In this document: positions 36,631 to 56,000 of the stretch, one piece after another | Position numbering within the stretch: position 1 is the stretch's first letter | Layout of the letters: each line of letters begins with the position of its first letter | Assembly (NCBI GenBank): GCA_002269645.1 | Contig: NIVC01002073.1 | Span: 62,001-126,000 of the forward strand | Length of the DNA: 64,000 bases | Direction: 5' to 3' | From: Macrostomum lignano | Lineage: Eukaryota | Made by a program: the position numbers and the translations under genes | Notes under the pieces: generated by a model | Told to the model about the DNA's origin: nothing | Databases searched by the model: none | What the model saw: only the letters and a program-made list of their open reading frames with translations

Positions 36631-37189
36631 CCCAGAGACGAGCGAGAGCCCCTCAAAACTCGGATAGATAGTAAAAAAACTCAATTGCTTTAACAGAAAG
36701 ACAGAGCCAAAAAGTTGCAGAAAGTCCACCGCATATTAGAAGAAACTTTCGCAGATTTACACACAGATAGGATAATTCTTGCTATATTTATAATCTCAGT
36801 TAATCAATTATACCAAGATATATCATTTCACACGTATATACAAGCAAGCAGGTAATTTAATAGTATGAAATTACAGATAATCTTTAGTAATTTTACAGTA
36901 GATAAGACTAAAAAATCAGTGAAAAGCACAATAGAAAGCGAAAAAAACAATAATAAATATTTTTAGCTGATAAAACAAAGGCTGAACGGCACTGCACAAA
37001 AAGGGAAACGAAGCGCGTTTTGTAATAGATAGTAGATATTGCATTCTTTACTCCATTTGTCAACACTCAACGCCTTATAGTATGGGTAGTCGGCGCGAGT
37101 AACTATGGCTCTATTTCTATACAATAAATCCTCGCCTGCCTATTAGTAGTGCAAAGAAATTACGAGAACATTTCAGAGAATCCTCACTA

Positions 37190-37575
37190 AGCCAATACAA
37201 TCTACACTGAGCCAATAAAATCCCTACCAAGCCAATAAATTCCTTACTGAGCTAATAAATTCCTCACTGAGCCAATAAAATCCCCACCAAGCCAATAAAT
37301 TCCCCACTGAGCCAATAAATTCCTCACTGAGCCAATAAATTCCTCACTGAGCCAATAAATTCCCCACTGAGCCAATAAATTCCTCACTGAGCCAATAAAT
37401 TCCTCACTGAGCCAATAAATCCCTACCAAGCCAAAAAATTCCCACTGAGCCAATAAATTCCTCACTGAGCCAATAAAATCCCCACCAAGCCAATAAATTC
37501 CTCACTGAGCCAATAAAATCCCCACCAAGCCAATAAAATCCCCACCAAGCCAATAAAATCCCCACCAAGCGAATA
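37190..37575. repeat. 20-21-bp minisatellite
   Basis: ctgagccaataaattcctca / caagccaataaaatccccac. Confidence 0.9.
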
Positions 37576-38044
37576 AAAGTGAATTATTATTATAGCTAGA
37601 AAAAACACGTATAGTAAACTATTTTGTGATGCTGAATTTTTACGACAGCAAATTAAGAAAAATAGGGATATGTACGGAAAGCTTGATCGATATACCTGAT
37701 AACCACTATGTTCACTATTGTACAGATTGCACACATCATACATCAATATAAATATAAGTAATATAAATAAACACGAGTGGATTAATTCCAATTTCCAAAT
37801 ATATCAACTTATTAAAACAGAAAATATACCATAAAAGAATTATTACAATTGCCGGAAACTATATTTATATAGGCCTATATTTGCTTTTATAAGATGTACA
37901 AGCGCACACTTTGCTACTGACAGTAACGGGGAGAGAAAGCGACGTATAATGATTGAAAAGCGAGTTTAAAATTGCTCCTGTGTGAGTTCTGCAGCCACTG
38001 TCCATTCAAGTTACATTAATAGATAAATGGGTATCACTCAGATT

Positions 38045-38310
38045 AAGATGTCACTACCTACCCCTTCAGTGTGTGTCACTATCCCTTCAGTAGGTGTCAC
38101 TACCCCTTTAGTGGGTGTCACTACATCTTCAGTGGGTGTCACTATCACTTCAGTGGGTGTCACTACCCTTTTAGTGGTGTCACTACCCCTTTAGTGGGTG
38201 TCACTATCCCTTCAGTGGGTGTCACTACCCCTTCAGTGGGTGTCACTGCCCCTTTCAGTTGGTGTCATCACAACCCTTTTTAGCGGGTTTCACTACCCCT
38301 TCAGTGGGTG
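38045..38310. repeat. 21-bp minisatellite immediately 3' of the AMMECR1 stop
   Basis: gtgggtgtcactaccccttca. Confidence 0.88.
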
Positions 38311-38338
38311 TCACGATCACGGCTGTCAGTTGCGCAGT

Positions 38339-41365
<3,027 letters not shown>

Positions 41366-43316
41366 TATATGATATGAAGAGCGATTATTCGCAGTATTCG
41401 GTAATTCAACTAATTTTATATTAACTGGCGTCAGTGGGCCATCTTACTATTTTGGGATAAATGTGATAAACCACTAATCAAGCTATCTAGCTAAGCCTAG
41501 CTCTGGCTATAAGAAGGATAGTGAAAAGTAAACGTCATTTTGTAAGATGTAGATTCGTAACATTCAGTAGGGGCTATAGTTGACCGAAATAAAATTTTAC
41601 AAATGTCAGTCAAGCAGATCTATAGATAGAGTATAGACTATAGACGTAGGCTGTAACTTGATCCAGATCTTAGGATTAGCTTACTAAAGCTTTTCAAAAA
41701 GTTAAGTCAGAAAATAGAAGTATAATAATTTATTATTTTATTTGTAGTATTTTTTGCTCCCAATTAAGATCGAGTACCGGATTTTCGCTAGATTTTGACT
41801 CTAGTCTATACTCTTCTTTGATGATATATAATTCCGTTTTCATATAACTTTTTGAATCGCAGCATTATCAATCAGCTGATTATTTTATTTTAAAAAATAC
41901 CGTATGAGTTTAGTTTGAAAATAAAAAAAAATTTTTTTTAAATTTTTTTAAAGTTTTGGTGCTTGTTTATGTACATGTGTATATATAATATCAGATTTGT
42001 TGTATTGTTTAACTTGAAACGATTATTTACGAACGAATAAACTAAATGTGCTAAATATCACATTATGAGTAACAGACATTCACATAATCATATCTTGCAT
42101 ATTGTTTTAGCTGATTACGGAATTTACTGTGTAAAAATAAAATAACTGAAGTTCTACGCGAACTACAACTGTTCTATTAGACGAATAGTAAACGTACATG
42201 TAACGTCTCGATGTGATAAATCAGACGGCTTAAGGTCTTAATAAGCTATCCTAGTTTTATCAATAATAGTAATAATAATTGAGGGACGTTTTACATTTTC
42301 TCGAAACTGGCGTCTTGAAACAGACGATTTGTACCTCACTTTTATATTTCATTAAAAAAAATCAAATATCCTTGTTTCTAAAGTTATTGATAGCTGCAAA
42401 TGTAAGCTAATATTTAATATTTTTTGTTAATCAAGAACAAAAGTAATTAGAGTTTCGGGAGATGAAGAAGTCGTCAGCAAAGCATCTTTAGAGTAGCTTA
42501 AACACGAGTTTTCCGTTTACTACCGCTTACGAAGCAGTATAAGTATTAATTTGCACATTGCCTCCCGTATGTATGTATGTAAAGTAATATTAATCAACTG
42601 CTAGTCAACTGCTAGTCATATTGCGCTACTTAGATTCGGTCACCAAGCTTGTTTTATGAAATATAAGACATGAAATATACATAAAAAACAACGAAACTAT
42701 GAAGCTTGGTAGCAATAGACATGAACAAGTTAGTCAACACTTAATTGACTTTTATTTCGCATTGAAAAGCAGTATATTTTTACAAACCGAATTGATTGTA
42801 ACAGCTAGCAGTCCCAAGCAATAAAATTTCAAGCAATTTTAGCGGTTAAATTCCTAAAGCAGGCATAAATCGTCTCAAAATTTTGAAACAAAATGAAAAT
42901 GCTTGGCTTTTAAGACCACCAACAGTTATTTCAACATTACGAGTACTATACGTTTAATAGTACAGATACAATAATAGTTTTCAGCAACATTAAGCATGAA
43001 ATAGTTGACTAAAAACGAAAGTTTCTTACTACGCTCGTATAATACTAGTGTACATACGAGCGTACAACTATTATAATTCTGACCGTCGTTTGATAAATTT
43101 TAACCAAACTAAGCAACAATGATAATCCTGGTCATATGCTTACAAAGCAAATAATAATAAAAAATATGTCAACGTCAGTTAAAAAAATGACAATAATAGC
43201 TCGTATATACACTTTTATTGTTAAACTCAAGCAACTTGCTAGCTGTAGCATATAGAGTGCCAGACTAAGCATAAAAGAAGTTAATATAGATTAAGACAGC
43301 TGACAAGAGAGCGCAA

Positions 43317-46530
<3,214 letters not shown>

Positions 46531-47654
46531 GGATCTATATGGCGTTTAAAGCCGTTAGCAGGAAAATAATATGATTGACTGTTAGTTCTACAGCTTTACT
46601 ACTAATAGCCAATTTAAGTAGAACATTGCGCGTGTCTAACTTCTCAAAAAACATTTGAAATACAAAAATGAAACTAGAGATAAGATAAAAATACAGAATA
46701 CAGTGACTACTTTCAAACTCAAATGCATCGTGTTTCCTGGAAAACACCAGTGGGACAAAATTTATTCAGTAACAGTTGCGAGGAAGCAGGTAAAAATGGT
46801 ACTGCTATGCACTTGTTAAATCAGATCTACATTTGTAATTTTTCTAACTTGCGAAGTCAAGAGATGAAACCTCTGACCTACGCGATTGTTCAAGCCTTTT
46901 TCTTTGAATCCAATAGAAAATTTTCCACAACAAACCCGACTGGATGATTTTAAGAAACCAAAATCACGCAATATTGGACAACTGCAGGACGCTACCGGTA
47001 CACTCGATTTTCTTAGAAATGACCTGGAGGCCGGTAAGGAACGTGTATTTTCCACATTGCTAGTGACTTTAATGAGCTTTAGAGAACGCATAGAGATGAG
47101 TGAGGTCTCGTCATGGGTACTTGCTATCTGGGGGATGCTTGCTGCGAGCTATCTGGGGGATGCTTGCTGCGAGCTATCTGGGGGATGCTTGCGGTCTTGG
47201 GGATGCTTTCTATTGAGGGGGAATACCTGTTATCTTTGTGAAGGCTTTATTTTGTTGCCATTTTGTTACTTTTAGAAAAAAGAGATTTATAGTAAACATC
47301 TTTGTCCGTGACAATTTTACTTGAATAAGGTGATTTATAAAACTGAAGGAACTGGTTCTTCAGAAAATGTGCTTTCTAAAGGATTTGCATGAATAATTTT
47401 TGCTACTTGCTTATTGGGCGCCCTGAAGGGGGGCACTAGTTTGCTAGTCCATATACTAAAAGCATCGACCACTTTGAACACAATTGCATAATTTGGAAAG
47501 GCACTTATGCACTGACTGGCTGCGCTATCTCGTTGTTCACGGTCTCTCTTAATTTATCACACTGTGCCAAGCGGCACCACGGTGAATGGTGAATTCTAAG
47601 AAATATTCATATGATTGGAGGTTTTGCACATTGAGAAGGGGCAAGGGCACACAG

Positions 47655-48167
47655 TTATAGTCGCAGCTGGCTAAAGCTCAAATTGCCGCTAAATGGCCGA
47701 GCCAACGCCGCCTGAGAATCCATGTGGGCCAGCTGACAGACGGGAGACTCATCCCCTGCTTGAGCAGTCGCTGGCTCGGCCGCAGCCGCCTCAGCCTGGC
47801 GAACGCACTCGCGAATAGTTTCCATACAGTCGGCCCGATTCAGCAGCCGCTTCCTAGTCCGATCGGAGGCCACCACAAACTGACCGTCGCGGCTGATCCT
47901 GTCCGAGTACAGCTGCACTAATCGCGGCTTCAATCGCTGGGGAATGAAGCTGGCCTGAGCCAGGTTGAATCGGATTTCAACTCGAGCCGTCGAGCCGGAC
48001 GGCGAATCCGACAATGGCCGGCCGTTCACAGAGCAGCCCTCGCGAATGTGCAGCTCCTCGATCGGGATGCGCCCGGTGAAGCTGCCGGATGCGGCGGCGG
48101 CTGCGAAGCTTCGTTTAAAAAGTTGAACTCCGCATGCAGAGGCGAGCAGCATTGGCAGACGCGACAT
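47655..48167 (-). CDS. ICT1/mL62 (MRPL58)-like mitochondrial protein lacking the GGQ motif
   Basis: Transit-peptide-like N-terminus (MSRLPMLLASACGVQLFKRSFAAAA), then IPIEELHI...ARVEIRFNLAQASFIP...RISRDGQFVVASDRTRKRLLNRADCMETIR, which follows the ICT1/ArfB fold order by eye. Confidence 0.8.
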   Translation of the reverse strand: MSRLPMLLASACGVQLFKRSFAAAAASGSFTGRIPIEELHIREGCSVNGRPLSDSPSGSTARVEIRFNLAQASFIPQRLKPRLVQLYSDRISRDGQFVVASDRTRKRLLNRADCMETIRECVRQAEAAAAEPATAQAGDESPVCQLAHMDSQAALARPFSGNLSFSQLRL

Positions 48168-48399
48168 TGGCTGGCTTTAGACAGTGCAAACTGATATTTG
48201 ACCACAGCTGATTTGACTTGGGCCTGGCATGAAAAGTAGATTTGCCAATTATGAATCTAAGAAACTTTGGGGATTGGCGATTTTCCGTGTGTAAGGCGAA
48301 TTTTACACATAGGGAAAACGTTCCAAGTACAGAAAGATTTTGCAGACTACAGGGGAATTCTCCAGGAAGGGGAACTATCAAAGATAGGATCTAGGGGGT

Positions 48400-48825
48400 A
48401 TTCTCCATGCAGGGGTAATATCGAGGATAGGATCTAAGAGGGCTCATTAGACATTAGACAGGGAAATTATCGAGGATAGGATCTAAGAGGGCTCATTAGG
48501 CAGGCGAATTATCGAGGATAGGATCTAAGAGGGCTCATTAGACAGGCGAATTATCGAGGATAGGATCTAACGGGGCTCATTAGACAGGGGAATTATCGAG
48601 GGTATGATCTAACGGGGCTCATTAGACAGGGGAATTATCGAGGGTATGATCTAACGGGGCTCATTAGGCAGGCGAATTATCGAGGATAGGATCTAGCGGG
48701 GCTCATTAGACAGGCAAATTATCGAGGATAGGATCAAAGAGGGCTCATTAGGCAGGCGAATTATCGAGGATAGGATCTAACGGGGCTTATTAGACAGGGA
48801 AATTATCAACGATAGGGTTTAAGGG
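48400..48825. repeat. 42-bp minisatellite
   Basis: gggctcattag(g/a)caggcgaattatcgaggataggatctaaga, with units at 48489 and 48531. Confidence 0.9.
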
Positions 48826-49591
48826 GTTTCTTCGGGTAGGGGAATTATAAAAATAAGATATCATAATAAAATAAATCGAAGTAAAGGCCATTTGGATAAA
48901 TAGCTGCACACTCGATTCAATGCCACTGATTGATTAAAGTTTTGCACGTACTATGATAATAATAACAACAAAAGATTTATAATATAGACTTTGATAAATC
49001 TATCAATTACAATGCCACTTAGAAAACCGTTAAAAAACTCAACAGCACAGTGCATTAATAATAAGTATAGAGATTAAAGTTAGAGACGGCCAATAAATAT
49101 TGATAAATATGTATATGAAAATATATTATATAATAATACATATTAAAAACCCGAAAATGTCTATCAGTAATAATGCCCCACGTAATCACAGCACCCTTAC
49201 GTTAGATTGTGTCCTCTATAACATTAAACACATACAGATTTGATCTGATTAGTAAAGCTTCAATTTGCATCACAGGTTAGTGCAATAAAGTGCAAGACGT
49301 CACAGTACCTTAACAACGCAGAACAGAGGTAAATTCAAATTTACAGTAGAATACAAAAAGAGAAACGCTGATTTTTTGCTTCTAAAAAATCACAATTTTA
49401 TATCAGAGATTTTGCCAGCAAAAGTCGGTACTTTTGTTTGTGAAAATATAGTTTTTTATTAACTATAAAAAAGGAACACAACCTAAGGGTGAGCGCGCCT
49501 GCGTTTAATTGATAGATAGCTTGATTCCAATTAAATCCGGGATAAGTGACTAGATTAAAGCAAAGGACGAGTCTGCGAACACCGCATGCTA

Positions 49592-52465
49592 GCAGCGGCG
49601 GTCACTGACAGGCTGGGGGATAGTAGCAGTTGCCACTGATGGGCTGGGGGATAGTGGCGGCGGTCACTGACAGGCTGGGGGATAGTAGCAGTTGCCACTG
49701 ATGGACTGGGGGATAGTAGCAGTTGCCACTGATGGACTGGGGGATAGTAGCAGTTGTCACTGATTGACTGGGGGATAGTAGCAGTTGTCACTGATGGACT
49801 GGGGGATAGTGGCAGTTGCCACTGATTGACTGGGGGATAGTAGCAGTTGTCACTGATTGACTAGGGGATAGTAGCAGTTGCCACTGATGGACTGGGGGAT
49901 AGTAGCAGTTGCCACTGATGGACTGGGGGATAGTAGCAGTTGCCACTGATGGACTGGGGGATAGTAGCAGTTGCCACTGATGGACAAAGGGATAGTAGCA
50001 GTTGCCACTGATTGACTGGGGGATAGTAGCAGTTGCCACTGATGGACTGGGGGATAGTAGCAGTTGCCACTGATGGACTGGGGGATAGTAGCAGTTGCCA
50101 CTGATGGACTGGGGGATAGTAGCAGTTGCCACTGATGGACTGGGGGATAGTAGCAGTTGCCACTGATTGACTGGGGGATAGTAGCAGTTGCCACTGATGG
50201 ACTGGGGGATAGTAGCAGTTGCCACTGATGGACTGGGGGATAGTAGCAGTTGCCACTGATGGACTGGGGGATAGTAGCAGTTGCCACTGATTGACTGGGG
50301 GATAGTAGCAGTTGCCACTGATTGACTGGGGGATAGTAGCAGTTGCCACTGATTGACTGGGGGATAGTGGCAGTTGCCACTGATTGACTGGGGGATAGTA
50401 GCAGTTGCCACTGATGGACTGGGGGATAGTAGCAGTTGCCACTGATTGACTGGGGGATAGTAGCAGTTGCCACCGATGGACTGGGGGATAGTAGCAGTTG
50501 CCACTGATTGACTGGGGGATAGTAGCAGTTGCCACTGATGGACTGGGGGATAGTAGCAGTTGCCACTGATTGACTGGGGGATAGTAGCAGTTGCCACTGA
50601 TGGACAAAGGGATAGTAGCAGTTGTCACTGATGGACTGGGGGATAGTAGCAGTTGCCACTGATGGACTGGGGGATAGTAGCAGTTGTCACTGATGGACTG
50701 GGGGATAGTAGCAGTTGCCACTGATGGACTGGGTGATAGTAGCAGTTGCCACTGATGGACTGGGGGATAGTAGCAGTTGTCACTGATGGACAAAGGGATA
50801 GTAGCAGTTGTCACTGATGGACTGGGGGATAGTAGCAGTTGCCACTGATGGGCTGGGGGATAGTAGCAGTTGTCACTGATGGGCTGGGGGATAGTAGCAG
50901 TTGCCACTGATGGACTGGGGGATAGTAGCAGTTGCCACTGATGGACTGGGGATAGTAGCAGTTGCCACTGATGGACTGGGGGATAGTAGCAGTTGCCACT
51001 GATGGACTGGGGATAGTAGCAGTTGCCACTGATGGACTGGGGATAGTAGCAGTTGTCACTGATGGACTGGGGATAGTAGCAGTTGCCACTGATTGACTGG
51101 GGGATAGTGGCAGTTGCCACTGATGGACTGGGGATAGTAGCAGTTGCCACTGATTGACTGGGGGATAGTAGCAGTTGCCACTGATGGACTGGGGGATAGT
51201 AGCAGTTGCCACTGATGGACTGGGGGATAGTAGCAGTTGCCACTGATGGACTGGGGGATAGTAGCAGTTGCCACTGATTGACTGGGGATAGTAGCAGTTG
51301 CCACTGATGGACTGGGGGATAGTAGCAGTTGTCACTGATGGACTGGGGGATAGTAGCAGTTGCCACTGATGGACTGGGGGATAGTAGCAGTTGTCACTGA
51401 TGGACTGGGGGATAGTAGCAGTTGCCACTGATGGACTGGGGGATAGTAGCAGTTGCCACTGATGGACTGGGGGATAGTAGCAGTTGCCACTGATGGACAA
51501 AGGGATAGTAGCAGTTGTCACTGATGGACTGGGGGATTGTAGCAGTTGTCACTGATGGACTGGGGGATAGTGGCGGTGGTCACTGACAGGCTGGGGGATA
51601 GTAGCAGTTGTCACTGATGGACTGGGGGATAGTAGCAGTTGTCACTGATGGACTGGGGGATAGTAGCAGTTGTCACTGATGGACTGGGGGATAGTAGCAG
51701 TTGTCACCGATGGACTGGGGGATAGTAGCAGTTGTCACTGATGGACTGGGGGATAGTAGCAGTTGTCACTGATGGACTGGGGGATAGTAGCAGTTGTCAC
51801 CGATGGACTGGGGGATAGTAGCAGTTGTCACTGATGGACTGGGGGATAGTAGCAGTTGTCACTGATGGACTGGGGGATAGTAGCAGTTGTCACCGATGGA
51901 CTGGGGGATAGTAGCAGTTGTCACTGATGGACTGGGGGATAGTAGCAGTTGTCACTGATGGACTGGGGGATAGTAGCAGTTGTCACCGATGGACTGGGGG
52001 ATAGTAGCAGTTGTCACTGATGGACTGGGGATAGTAGCAGTTGTCACTGATGGACTGGGGGATAGTAGCAGTTGTCACTGATGGACTGGGGGATGGTAGC
52101 AGTTGTCACTGATGGACTGGGGGATAGTAGCAGTTGCCACTGATTGACTGGGGGATAGTAGCAGTTGCCACTGATGGACTGGGGGATTGTAGCAGTTGTC
52201 ACTGATGGACTGGGGGATAGTGGCGGTGGTCACTGACAGGCTGGGGGATAGTGGCGGTGGTCACTGACAGGCTGGGGAATAGTGGCGGCGGTCACTGACA
52301 GGCTGGGGGATAGTGGCGGTGGTCACTGACAGGCTAGGGGATAGTGGCGGTTGTCACTGATGGACTGGGGGATAGTAGCAGTTGTCACTGACAGACTGGG
52401 GGATAGTGGCGGTGGTCACTGACAGACTGGGGGATAGTGGCGGTGGTCACTGACAGACTGGGGAA
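49592..52465. repeat. 31-bp minisatellite, about 90 copies, between the kazrin-like and ICT1-like genes
   Basis: gggggatagtagcagttgccactgatggact, with degenerate GC-richer units at both edges. Confidence 0.98.
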
Positions 52466-53082
52466 TAGACAGACAAAAGCATCTAATAGTTGCTAATGAT
52501 TAGTGGACAGAAAAGTCAATCAAAATGTTAAGAAAGTCATGCAAATTAAAGCGCACAGGTTACCGCTTTCTAGTAAAAGAAAAACACTTTGCTCAGAGCA
52601 GGGCAAAAAGCTATTAAACTGAGTGCGGCTAAAATGATAGTCCAATCATGTAAGCACAAGTGGAGACAGTATACACGATTTAGGCCAAATGTTTAACCTT
52701 CTGTACATGCAGCGATTGGCTGAGCACAGTAAGTATCAAATCTATAGCAGATTGTACTCAGTACGATTGTATAATACTCGTAGAAGCTTAGCTACTAGAA
52801 AAGTTCAATTCTCAGAAACGAATAAAACCTGCTTTACAATGTGACAATGTTAATATAAGGCATCTTTTGAAAATGTTAAGTCAAGCAGCAGTAAATACCT
52901 CTTAAATAGTACTTTAAGTAGTCCAGATTGTGTCCAATTGATATAAATTCAGTATATTATACAATTCTCAACTTCTACAAGCTGATAAAGACAGCAAAAA
53001 CTGACTACTTATCATGAGTAGTATTAGTAGTAGCAGTAGCACAATGATAAAAAACACCAATTAAAAATGCTGCCAGCTCAGC

Positions 53083-56000
53083 TCAGATCATCGTATTTTT
53101 AAAGGGCAGCTTGCTAACAGCCGCTATAGGCGGCGGCATCGCTGTTGAAATGCCGACGCCTCCGCCACGCAGACTCAGCCGAGCGTGCGCCTGCGGTGGT
53201 TGCTGCTGCTGCTTCTGTTGTTGTTGTTGATGCTCCGCGCTGGAAACCGACGATAATTCCCGTCTGAAAGCGCGGCGGAATTCGCCGCCTCCTGCGCCCC
53301 CGCCAAGTAGAGAAGCTCTGGAAGCGGGAACTGGCGGCACTGGTTTGATTGGCTTTTTCTGCTGCTGTGTGGGAGGAGGCGGCGGCGGCGAAGGAGAGCG
53401 TTGCTTGACCTGCTGTTGCTTTTGTTTTGGCTGCTGTTGCGAACTGCCGTTGTTAGTAGATGGAGCCGCTGAGAGGCTGAGAGGGAAGATCAAATTTTAA
53501 GCAAAGTTAGCATCGTGCCTCATCGTCCCTTTTATTGCCAGCCACTTGACTGTCAACAATTTAACTGCCAGCCACTTGACTGCTAGCCACTTGACTGCTA
53601 GCCACTTGACTACTAGCCCTTTAGCTTCCGACCTGAATCTTAACCCCTATCCTAAAATTGTCTGCAGTAAAACTGAGACAGTCAAAAACCAGTCTCCCAA
53701 TTAAAACGCGTTGAATATGTATTTGTAGAATAATACAGCAATTTTCTGTACTGCATAGGTTTCGCGTGTTGGCTAATTGATAAAAGTTCACTCACTCAGC
53801 AGTGGAGGACACCGTGCTGCCGCCAGTACTTGATGCAGCATCAGCAGCCGATGCAGCTGACGCCGGCTGGGGCGGCCTGTCGCACTGGGCCAGACTCTCC
53901 TTAACTAATCTATTTAGCTCCATCAATACGGCCTTGCGACAATGCGCGCCTTTTAATAAATCGTTCATGGGTTTCTCCCAGTCGCCGCCAGACCATACTA
54001 AATAGGCGCCGTGCAGGCCGGACTCTAATACCCGATCCTCGCTAACTGGCGCTCCCCAAAGCAACAGCCAGCTGTGCAGGCAATTAGCCGACCAATACAG
54101 CAACAGGTTGGAGGCGAATTTCTGTCTGATAGCTACTAGCTTATCCCAATCCAGTCTGACGTAGCGCAGCAGTGCAACGCCTAGGGCTAAGCTGCGCCTA
54201 TACCGGCGCTGCCTGACAGCCAACTGGCTGCCCTTCAAATCGGCTTTGTCTAGCGTTAGCAATAGGCTGCAATCCACCATAGCGCAGCGGAACTGATCCG
54301 CTAGTTGGCGGAGGCCCAACGATGGCAGCAGCTGGCTGGCTAGCCAGACACAGTCCAGGCTGGGCGCCGGCTGCGGGGCGCGACTGTCTGGCGATGTCAG
54401 ACGGTCAATGGCCAGACGGAGACGCCGACGATGCAGCGGCTCTTGAATGGCCAGCTCGCGCTGCATGTCCGAGTCGGTTAGGCGCGCCAGAATGTCGCCG
54501 GATTTCACCGTGGCCTGAGGGTATGGTTTGAGAGTCTGTCACTGACCTGGACTATAGAGTCTGTCACTGAACTAGATTGCAAAGTCTGTCACTGACTGGA
54601 CTATAGAGTCTGTCACTGACTGGACTATAGTGTCACTGACTGGACTATAGAGTCTGTCACTGACTGGACTATATAGTCTGTCACTGACTGGACTATAGTG
54701 TCACTAACTCGACTATAGTGTCACTGACTCGACTATAGTGTCACTGACTCGACTATAGTGTCACTGACTGGACTATATTGCGTCACTAACTGGTCTAGTG
54801 TGTCACTGACTGGACTATAGTGTCACTGACTGGACTATAGTGTCACTGACTGGACTATAGTGCGTCACTAACTGGTCTAGTGTGTCACTGACTGAACTAG
54901 ATTCTGTCACGAGACAGTCTGGACCAATGATATTTTTCAGAAAATTGATGGATTAGTCAATAATGAACAGATACTCAGGTTTAGACACTAAAAACTTGAA
55001 GGTGTTCAAAGAACATGTTCTCCTATTACGCACCTGCAGCCGTTCGGCATAAATGGCCAAGCCCACAGTCGGGCTGGCTGCCCAAGCGGCGACGTGCTCG
55101 GCTCGCCATCTGGACAGCGGCAGCGACAGCGCCTCCCTAGCCAGCTGGTCCTGCCGTCCGGCGGCGCCGCCACCGCTAGACTTCTTTGTCCTAGTGGAAG
55201 TTCGCAGCAGTTTCTGCCGGCCAAATTCAACGTCTTCGCCGGTCTGACGCTGCTGCGGCGGCTGCGACTGCGCCGGGGCAGCGGTGGTCACAGCCGTGAC
55301 AACTTCGTCATCGGCGGTTACGTCGTCGTAAAATTCGTCGGCATCCCGACGCTGACGATCTGGACTGTCCTCGGACTGAGCCGAGTGGGCCGAGTTGGTG
55401 TCGCCCCGGCCGCTATCGGCGGCGCTGGCTACGCTGCCACCGAGAATGTGCAGGCACTGTTGAAGACTCCGGTCGGCGGAGTCGTATTCGACCATGCCGG
55501 AGGTCGACGCCGCATTGCTGATTGTCGCTGTCTGCGTAGCCGCATCGACGCCAACAACAGCGGCAGTTTGACGTTCGGCTAGTGCGGCGCGAACCCGCCT
55601 CTTCTGATGGTCCAATTCGTTTTTTAGCTTGACCACCTTTTGTATAGTTAAATAGAAATTAAAATGCTGATGTTACTACTCACTATGGATTATAGAAGAC
55701 TAAATAGAGTTAACTTTTTTTCTCTAAGTAATAATGATTGATTACACCTTCCCTAATGGCCAGATGTGCAACCGACAGCTCAGCCGCAGCTATTGCGCGG
55801 CGCATCTGAAGGCTGCGTACGGCTGATCAGTCCAAGGACTGGGGGGGGGATCGCCACACACAGCCTCAATAACACCAGCTTATGGTAAGATTCAAGTGCT
55901 CAAGGACTCGGAACTCAGAAATTGTTCCGAGTGGGTCGAGAATCGAACCCCCGACCTTTCAGTCGTGAGTCCGGACTCTAACCACTAGGCTAGAGCATTA

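Noticed and set aside
41400-43300. AT-rich stretch between WDR5 and AMMECR1
   Set aside because: No ORF, repeat or terminal structure that I could support; ordinary UTR or intergenic DNA.
46723-47275. Small ORFs between WDR5 and the ICT1-like gene
   Set aside because: No recognisable domain or coherent exon chain; more likely UTR or intergenic, although a donor-like ccg|GTAAGG near 47033 means a small plus-strand exon cannot be excluded.
49555-51521. Long ATATIPQSISGNCYYPP ORFs; RFX half-site array
   Set aside because: 31-bp repeat translations; GTTGCC half-sites lack a partner half-site.
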